From Eledone cirrhosa (taxonomy: Eukaryota): a stretch of DNA of 64,000 nucleotides. The DNA lies in contig OZ024749.1 of assembly GCA_964016885.1 (NCBI GenBank), forward strand, positions 40,300,001-40,364,000. The letters run 5' to 3'. The position numbers and the translations under genes are program-made. The notes below the pieces were generated by a model that was not told the DNA's origin, did not search any database, and worked only from the letters and a program-made list of their open reading frames with translations. How positions within the stretch are numbered: position 1 is the stretch's first letter; every line of letters starts with the position of its first letter. Positions 54,544 to 64,000 of this stretch are shown here, piece by piece.

Positions 54544-57500
54544 TTGTATATAAATGTGCCCTTTACCTGAAACAAGACTGTCATGACTGGAGTGTCTTTG
54601 ATCATGTCTTCGGGTAGAACTGACCCAGGGCTAAATAACAGCCATAGAACCAACAGACCCGTTCTCATGCTCGCAAGGAACTGATTATGTATATCCTTTT
54701 ATTGATTTTGTCAGATTGCGGCCATGCTGGGGTACTTCTAGTGCTAAATATTGTATCATATCTAAGATTCTTTGCAGACCTATGCAACTTTGTAGAATGG
54801 AGATTGGCTCAATATCCAATTGGTGTCTTTAGTAAAATATTCTGAAGACTTCCGAAATCTGCCTGGAGAGAACGGTAGTTTTCTCAACAAAACTGCTTTA
54901 AATTGAATCCTTTTATAATTGTCAACTACAGAGTAAAATTTACCTTACTATGGGTGCAACGAAATACAAGTGATACGTCTCGAACCTATTGGCAGAGGCT
55001 TGGACATCAACTTCTATGAACTTTTGTGTACTGGCTTACACTAATAGCATTAAATCCAAAATGTTTATATTAATTTTAAATATAGTAAAGAAATATATTA
55101 AAGAAATATAGTAAAGTCATAAACTAGGAGACTGTAGCGTACTATTTGGGTGGGGCATCACTAAATGGGATAGAACAGGTTAAGAAATCAATTAAAAGCA
55201 GATATAAAACATTATTAGAAAAGAAAATTGAAATAGCATGTGACACGAATAAATGGACAGATGGAATGGAGACGGATGGGGGCGTGTCCACATGATCATG
55301 GAAAAAAGGATACTGATAAGTTTAGGATGTTTACATGGATGAGTGGCGGGAACAATTGGTGCTGGTTTGCAGCGGATGGGTAATGGCATGGATGATTATT
55401 GATGATGATGAAATTTTAAAACATTTTACGACTATGAATATTTAAATAGCTTCAATATAATTTGTCAATGACACTTTAGAATCGAAACTATATCAAACTT
55501 CGACATATGGTGACATTTTAAAGTTTACTGTAATGTGTAAGGATTGGGTTTGTTTTGTCTTTTTCTTTCGACTTTGGGAATGGTTTTGGTGTCAAAGTTC
55601 AAATGACCAGGTCAAAGTTTCCGCCGTTTGATTGTTTATTAAGCACAATGGAAGGAAGGTTTGATGTTTAACTGTCAATACTGTTGTTTACATCTCACAC
55701 CTACATAGGTTCCATCAACCTTTTATAAATGTTTCTTTGGCGTTTCAGCCATGTCATTACTATATTTCTAATGATTAATTTAGAATTCAAGAATTTGAAG
55801 GCTTGTAGTAATTAACTTCCTCGTTAATTTTATGTTTACAACATATTTTAATATCACAGGTTCATACATAAAATTGGAAAAATTTAGATAAATATAAATA
55901 CTTCAAACACATTTTTATATCGTACAAAGTGCAGTTTCATGTGGTTTGGTATCAAAAGGGTTGGTGATAGGTGTCGGTCGTATCACAATGATAGAAATGT
56001 AAATATTAGCGGTTCCTAAACCTTTTTTGGAAACCAGATTGACTAAACTAAACATAGAAAGACTTCTTGTTTTTTAGGACATTAACTACACTTTGTAAAT
56101 CGACAATGGAAATTTTTCTCTCCCCAATGACTTCACACCCGTCTCCCAAAACAAGGAACTCTGATTCATGAACAAATATATATATATATATATATATATA
56201 GTACATACATGCTATGTACCTTATCGGTTTCAGAAAAGGATCAACTAAACAGCCTTTCAATGCGATGCTCCAGCATGGCCACAGTCGAATGACTGAAACC
56301 AATAAAAGAATGTTGCCTTATAACTGTGCTAAGATACTGCATTAAGATTCTATGGTCGATTTAGTTTTAAATTTAAAATAGCATGGAACTGTTTTTGCAA
56401 GGTACTAATTAACCATTTTAAAGGTTTGGCTGCAAGTTGGGACTTGATATTTGATCCATTCTAACTAACCAAGGAAAAAACGGTTCCTTGTAGACTTGAG
56501 AATTCAATTACAATTTGCAACATTCCTTCCGAACATCTGCTAAAAGTTTAAATTTTTCCACCATGTTGAATTCAATTATTCTAAATGTTTAATCCACCGT
56601 ATTAAATCGAAAAAGGTTCTTTATCCCCATGTTCTTCAGTCTTGTATTAAAGAATGGGTGACTTTTTTATTTTATATATCACAGGAGTTAAATAGTTAGA
56701 GGGTTACGGTTTTTTTTTCTACGTAGTTTTCCAGATGCCAGTCAATTATTGGAACCGTTGTGAGCTCTACTTTGTACGTGTGTAAACTGGTGCAAATAAT
56801 GACATTTTTAGAGCACCGCGTGATTCTGGCTTTAGTGCTGTTTATATACTTAAAGCTTCCCTGTTAAACTGCATTCGTTTAATTTTATTCCAGACATAAT
56901 CTCTCCCCACCCCTTCCAAAAACCTCTTACTATCCAAAATAAACATTAACCCACCCTCGTCTGTCACTCCTCTCCTCCTCCCTCTCGTATCTAGGAGAGC
57001 TTCAAGCTTTCTTTGGTCTCGGATCAACATATAAATAAAAGTACAAGTCAACTGTGTGTTTGAACATATCGCTGTCACATTGCTGAAGACTTTTTAGTTT
57101 TACTTGTGGCAATATTCCAAGGAATGTGAACAGATGGTGAATTGAGAGTTGTCGTCTGCCATAGCGAGTACAAGGAGACGGTTATAGGGTGGCCGATCTA
57201 TTAACCCTTAACATCATTTAGCAGAAAATAACCATAAACAGGTTTTCTAATTCAAATATTTATTGTATCTCTACAAGTGAACAGATTGTTGTGAAAACTT
57301 GCAATATTAACGTAAATTCTTGAATTTTTACTATGGGGCAGTCATTTATACTAAAAATGTTACAAATGCCTAGTTAACTCTTAATATCCTAGTTTAGCAA
57401 AAAATTGCTAAAGACGTGTTTAATTCAAATGTTTATAGAATCCTTACTAGTTAGGAAAGTTTGCAGTATTAGAGTAAAGACTGATGTACCATAGTGCTGT

Positions 57501-59187
57501 GTTTACTTTTTAAAGACTGTTTTACTAATGTGGTCGCGTGTTATTCTAGAGACTTTTACTACTAAAGAAGTACAACAGTTAAAACTAAGCCTAGAGTGCA
57601 ACGACACTTAACTACCACATTTGGTTTATTGACGTAAGATGTCCTGGGTTCAGATGGACTTCTTGAATTCAAAACTCTCCCTCTCGGTAGTAAACCCTAG
57701 ATTTAACGAATTCCTGTTTGAGTGGGCCAATAATACAACAATCGCATCAAAACACTGACAAAAGTGAAGTAAAAATTCCATATTCCTTGTGTAATTGAAT
57801 AATTTAATATTATGTATTCAAGGAACCTCTTAACCTAAAACCAAATGACGCTTAGGTTACTTTCGATTTAACGGACTTTTTGCATTAACCAAATTTTTCC
57901 CACTATTAATCTGAAATTGAGGGGTTACTTTTGTATTTGTCTATAAACATGTGTTGATCACTATCGATCTTGTATTTCGACTAATTTAGCAGCCAATAGT
58001 AACTACTTTAAAATAGAGAAAAATGAACTAAAATATAAGGAAACTAGTTATTGTATTAGAAATGATATTTAATGTAGAATGTTAGGTTGCTTTTTTTTTT
58101 TTTTTCTTCCATCTAAAGAAAATATCTAGCAGCTGATTAACATTGGCAGGTGAAATGAAAATATAGATGACAAATAGGGATGGGGCTAATACCACCAAAT
58201 TTATCGAACCCCACACACACCTTTCCTTTCTCAAAGACGCTCCTTTTTTTCTTGTCTCAAAAAAGGTATTGATTTTTTTTTTTTTTATTTATGCTAATGA
58301 AGTTCACCCACCTTATCTTTCCCTGCACCCCCACCCCCTAAATTTTTAATGGGTTTTCACAAATTTTGAAATCTACTTAGTAAAAATAACACTTTATGTA
58401 TTCGTTCAGTTTTGGTGGGGACGTTTTTTTTGTTTTTTGTTTTTCTCCCCTAATTTCCTAATCCTTGTCATGGCAACTGTTATTAAATAAAAAAATACAC
58501 ACTTTTCTCTTTTACCTTTTCAGTTTTGCTTTTTTTTTTTTTTTTTAAAAGTATATATATATATTGAAAGCTAAAAGGCCTCAAGTGGACTATAGAGGGG
58601 ATGGGGCTGTTGTGTTGATGGCGGGAACAATAGCGAGGTATAGAACTAGGTTAAAAGTAGGAGGGGGAAGAGTGTGTGTGTCAGGAGTGGCTGGTTGCCT
58701 CCTGGAACAGTCCAGAACAAAGACCTTGTGTAGGTGCCAGAAGCTATCTGAATCATTGAGTGACTCTGTGTGTACACTGTATATGTTGTCTACTCCTTGT
58801 GTGTGTGTGTGTGTGTATGTGTGTACACACTTATCTACTCCTTGTGTGTGTGTGTTCACTATATTTTGTCTGTGTATAGATTATACATTATCTACTGTAT
58901 GTGTGTGTAAACTACATGTTGTCTACTGTGTACACTATGTAAACTGTATATGGTTGTGTGTGTGTGTGTGTGTGTGTACACTGTAGGTCTGCTCTGTGTG
59001 TACTGTTGTTGGTATGTTGTGTAGGGGATGTCGGGAAGCTATATACTCTAGTCTAACAATGACATCAACCACTCCCATTATTTTGATTTAGTCTCCACTG
59101 CTGCTGCTGCTGTTCTCTGCACCTCAAGTCTCGTCTGCAATACAAAGGATGTACAGCGAAATAACAAAGGCTTCCCCCAATTGATAT

Positions 59188-59370
59188 AATTGTTTCTACT
59201 TTAGGCACAAGGCCAGCAATTACCCAGTGCATTACTAGTACTTTATTTTATCGACCCCGTAAGGATGAAAGGCAAAGTAAACCTCGGCGGGATTTGAACC
59301 CAGAATGGCAAGGACCGTAACTCTATGCGTCAAAGCATGGCGTCCGACCCTCTACTGATACTGCCAATCC
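59188..59370 (-). mobile_element. SINE family 1 with 38-bp TSD
   Basis: ACAGCGAAATAACAAAGGCTTCCCCCAATTGATATAAT at 59153-59190 and 59371-59408. Confidence 0.94.
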
Positions 59371-59413
59371 ACAGCGAAATAACAAAGGCTTCCCCCAATT
59401 GATATAATGCTTG

Positions 59414-59640
<227 letters not shown>

Positions 59641-59709
59641 AAGTATAAACAATCGGTTTCCCCCATCTATAAGCCTAACATGCTGGTTCATGTCACGCTA
59701 AAATTGAAC

Positions 59710-59948
59710 TGTGGATTGGCAGTATCGGTAGAGGGTCGGACGCCATACTTTGCAGCACAGTTACGTCCCTTTACGGACCGAGTTCAAATCCCGCCGAGGT
59801 TAACTTTGCCTTTCGTCCTTACGGGGTCGATAAAATAAAGTACCAGTAACACACGCACGCACGCGCACACGCATACACTCTGGGGTCAATATAATCGACT
59901 TTCCCTTCCTCAAAAATGGTTGACCTTGTGTTTAAAGTAGAAACCATT
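59710..59948 (+). mobile_element. SINE family 1, long-tail variant
   Basis: Head, B box and core, a CA-like insert, then GACCTTGTGTTTAAAGTAGAAAC. Confidence 0.9.
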
Positions 59949-59959
59949 ATACGTTTATT

Positions 59960-60230
59960 TCAATGACTCGTGAGTTTGATTCCCGGACTAGGTTGCACGT
60001 TGCCCTTGAGCAAGACACTTTATTTTACATTGCGTCAATCTCTTCAACTGGCAAAATTGAGTTGATCCTGTAATTCAAGGAATCAGCCTTGTCATACATT
60101 GAGTCACGCTGAATATACCTGAGAACCACCTTGAAGGATGCACGTGTCTGTGGAATGCTTAGTCACTTGCGTTAATTGCACGAGCAGTTCCATTGATTGA
60201 ATCGACTTGAGCATTCTTTGCAGGAAACAA
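59960..60230 (+). mobile_element. SINE family 2 long variant
   Basis: GAGTTTGATTCCCGG..GCCCTTGAGCAAGACACTTTATT. Confidence 0.72.
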
Positions 60231-60644
60231 CGATGGTCTTTTCCTACATAAGTAAAACACCAGCTGAATCATGCTTGAACAGTTTAATATGCTAGCTCAT
60301 ATTTTCCCATCAACTAACTTTGAAAACAAAGACTTAGTGCCATAGTTGATTTGACTAAATTCATAAAACAAACAAAAACATGCCAGCACCCATCTAGCTA
60401 CCTAGTCGACATCGATGGCACAGGTGTTCGTAGTTTTGGGGGTGGCAAAATCTTTTGATAAATTGTTAATGATTAAATTAGTAAAATGTTTTCGCTTTAA
60501 ATCACCGTATAGGTGGCGTACAATTATATTTTAAATACTTTGTTTGCAATTGCGGTATGGAAGTACTCTATATCAGCTTAGTGCTATATATATATATATA
60601 TATATATATATTAGGGTAAACATTGGTGCAATTCAATTCAAGCA

Positions 60645-60699
60645 CTCAACGTACTATATATATATATATCTCAACGTATATATATATATATATCTCAAC

Positions 60700-60736
<37 letters not shown>

Positions 60737-60872
60737 AACGTATATATATATATATATATATCTCAACGTATATATATATATATCTCTCTCAACGTATATA
60801 TATATCTCTCAACGTATATATATATATATATATCTCTCAACGTATATATATATATATATATATATCTCAACG

Positions 60873-60904
<32 letters not shown>

Positions 60905-60907
60905 AAC

Positions 60908-60946
<39 letters not shown>

Positions 60947-60949
60947 AAC

Positions 60950-60984
<35 letters not shown>

Positions 60985-61020
60985 AACGTATATATATATA
61001 TATATATATATATCTCAACG

Positions 61021-61053
<33 letters not shown>

Positions 61054-61094
61054 CTCAACGTATATATATATATATATATATATATATCTCAACG

Positions 61095-61126
<32 letters not shown>

Positions 61127-61235
61127 AACGTATATATATATCTCAACGTATATATATATATATATTTATCTCAACGTATATATATATATATATTTATCTC
61201 AACGTATATATATATATATATATATATATCTCAAC

Positions 61236-61272
<37 letters not shown>

Positions 61273-61275
61273 AAC

Positions 61276-61320
<45 letters not shown>

Positions 61321-61418
61321 AACGTATATATATATATATATATATATCTCAACGTATATATATATATATATATATATATCTCAACGTATATATATATATA
61401 TATATATATATCTCAACG

Positions 61419-61450
<32 letters not shown>

Positions 61451-61483
61451 AACGTATATATATATATATATATATATCTCAAC

Positions 61484-61528
<45 letters not shown>

Positions 61529-61624
61529 AACGTATATATATATATATATATATATATCTCAACGTATATATATATATATATATATATATCTCAACGTATA
61601 TATATATATATATATATCTCAACG

Positions 61625-61656
<32 letters not shown>

Positions 61657-61659
61657 AAC

Positions 61660-61701
<42 letters not shown>

Positions 61702-61703
61702 AC

Positions 61704-61734
<31 letters not shown>

Positions 61735-61771
61735 CAACGTACTATATATATATATATATATATATATCAAC

Positions 61772-61802
<31 letters not shown>

Positions 61803-61864
61803 CAACGTACTATATATATATATATATCAACGTACTATATATATATATATATATATATATCAAC

Positions 61865-61895
<31 letters not shown>

Positions 61896-61901
61896 CTCAA
61901 C

Positions 61902-61932
<31 letters not shown>

Positions 61933-61942
61933 CTATCTCAAC

Positions 61943-62002
<60 letters not shown>

Positions 62003-62075
62003 AACGTACTATATATATATATATATATATATCTCAACGTACTATATATATATATATATATATATCTATCTCAAC

Positions 62076-62116
<41 letters not shown>

Positions 62117-62124
62117 ATCTCAAC

Positions 62125-62155
<31 letters not shown>

Positions 62156-62204
62156 CTATCTCAACGTACTATATATATATATATATATATATATCTATCT
62201 CAAC

Positions 62205-62239
<35 letters not shown>

Positions 62240-62247
62240 ATCTCAAC

Positions 62248-62283
<36 letters not shown>

Positions 62284-62286
62284 AAC

Positions 62287-62321
<35 letters not shown>

Positions 62322-62438
62322 ATCTCAACGTACTATATATATATATATATATCTATCTCAACGTACTATATATATATATATATATATATCTATCTCAACG
62401 TACTATATATATATATATATATATATATCTATCTCAAC

Positions 62439-62478
<40 letters not shown>

Positions 62479-62645
62479 AACGTACTATATATATATATAT
62501 ATATATCTATCTCAACGTACTATATATATATATATATATATCTATCTCAACGTACTATATATATATATATATATATCTATCTCAACGTACTATATATATA
62601 TATATATATATCTATCTCAACGTACTTTATATATATATATATATA
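60645..62645. repeat. Compound satellite: variable (TA)n + CTCAACG(TAC) spacer, dozens of units
   Basis: Directly visible. Two subdomains: TCTCAACG up to ~61660, then CAACGTAC. Confidence 0.95.
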
Positions 62646-63077
62646 TCATATTTTACTCTGCACTTCCACTTCTCTCCCTAAATAAGTCGTGCTATATTCT
62701 CTCATTCGGTTACTTCTTCGTGTGAGTGTATATATTATATTCGAGAGAATCGTTTCTAACTTTGTATTCACATTTGTGAAAAACAATTGTTTTTCAAGAC
62801 TCAAGTATTATAGATTTAGTAAACCTTCACATTGTATTGTAAATCCATATCCCTCCGTAGACATATAAATATATAGACAGCTCTTCCCCACAAATGCCTG
62901 TCTGGCTAGATGGTGCAGAATGGGGAAAGAGGAGTCTTTGTGATACTGGAAGGAAGAAATTGTGATCAATATACACTATAGGAGTCAGTTTTATTTGCTG
63001 GAACTACGAAGCCGTTACTCGCGGAAACTTATGAGTACACATCTTTATAGTGTCAGCCAAACATATTTTATGTGGTC

Positions 63078-63111
<34 letters not shown>

Positions 63112-63575
63112 CATTCACATTTCATAGGCCTGTGATTTGATATTATATTGTATGGAAATACGTGTCAGAATTACTAATTATTAATAAATTAGATATCTGA
63201 TCCGGGATTAAATGTTACGTTCTTTAAACGGTTTTCTCGCCTTCGGCTTTTCTTCCTTTCTCTCTCTCTTCTTGAAATAAATTAGTTACTTGATGATGGT
63301 CAAACTAGTCCAACGTGTAGTGAGAAACGCCCTTAACTCTGTTACGGTGTATGCCATTATCCTTTAAATCAAATCTGTTTTTCAATATTAAATATACCCA
63401 AATGGATCAAAGTAATTGAGACAGATCAACGGATCATTCTCTGGATTACAGCCCAGATTAAGTCCCCGTATTTAGAATTATTTCTTGTTGTTGAAAACCA
63501 ATGTCAATCTAGTCTTCTGTATAGAGAATTATTTCTGAGACCAATGTTAAAAATCCTGTCCAGAAATACAACATA

Positions 63576-63744
63576 CAAGGTTTGGCTGAAAAAGTCAGTC
63601 TGACTATGGATGTGATGCTAGAGCTGTGAAACTTGCATGCATTAATTTCAACTCTGCTTAACTGCATTGTTTAAAAAATAAACTTCATTTGGTCATTCCA
63701 TAAGAGTATCTTGGTCAGCCTATGAACTTTTTAGTCAACCCTCA
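63576..63744. mobile_element. Mariner-type MITE, TA-flanked
   Basis: TA CAAGGTTTGGCTGAAAAAGT ... ACTTTTTAGTCAACCCTCA TA (imperfect TIRs). Confidence 0.65.
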
Positions 63745-64000
63745 TATCTCGTGAAATCTTGTAAATCTATAGATGTAATTCGTTTTTCTTTATGGTAATT
63801 GGTAGAGCATTGGACAAAATACCCTGGGAGTATTACGTTAAGTTCCCGTTTAACATCTTTGTTGAGCTCAAATTCCTTCCTCGTCGTTTTTGCCGTTTTT
63901 ACTCCCGAAGTTAACAAATATAAAGACTGTTTTGATGTAATTGACTGTACCCTAAATCGGTGGGGGGTTTTTTTTTTTTTCATGGAGTGGGTTTGTGAGG

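Noticed and set aside
60645-62645. CRISPR-like repeat/spacer appearance
   Set aside because: The variable parts are only TA runs, the constant part is 7-10 bp, the context is eukaryotic, and no cas genes are present.
60544-62725. 713-aa and 700-aa ORFs
   Set aside because: Translation of the (TA)n-CTCAACG satellite.

Overview
Eukaryotic, AT-rich, microsatellite-saturated DNA. The SINE families and repeat landscape suggest a cephalopod (octopus-like) genome; this is inference. Almost all long ORFs in the track are translations of simple repeats. Real coding signal is limited to four things: a 5'-truncated but uninterrupted L1/Tx1-clade LINE ORF2 (minus strand, ~5400-7214), a decayed Penelope-like element (PLE) with a GIY-YIG endonuclease (~600-1100), an RTE-type endonuclease relic (~18600-19050), and a probable short first coding exon of a host gene (29527-29551) followed by long, repeat-poor intron-like DNA. 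The window also holds many tRNA-derived SINEs (several with clear target-site duplications), MITEs and minisatellites. The most striking unexplained structure lies mainly in 1-19.4 kb. At least seven sequence-distinct short elements sit inside (TA)n tracts, and most form long foldback hairpins. Several carry minimal type-I hammerhead ribozyme folds (stem I-CUGANGA-stem II-GAAA-palindromic stem III-UH-stem I'), including an atypical 8-nt core variant. The end of one such element appears to have seeded a 2-kb compound satellite at 60.6-62.6 kb. All calls were made by eye, without searches or folding software.
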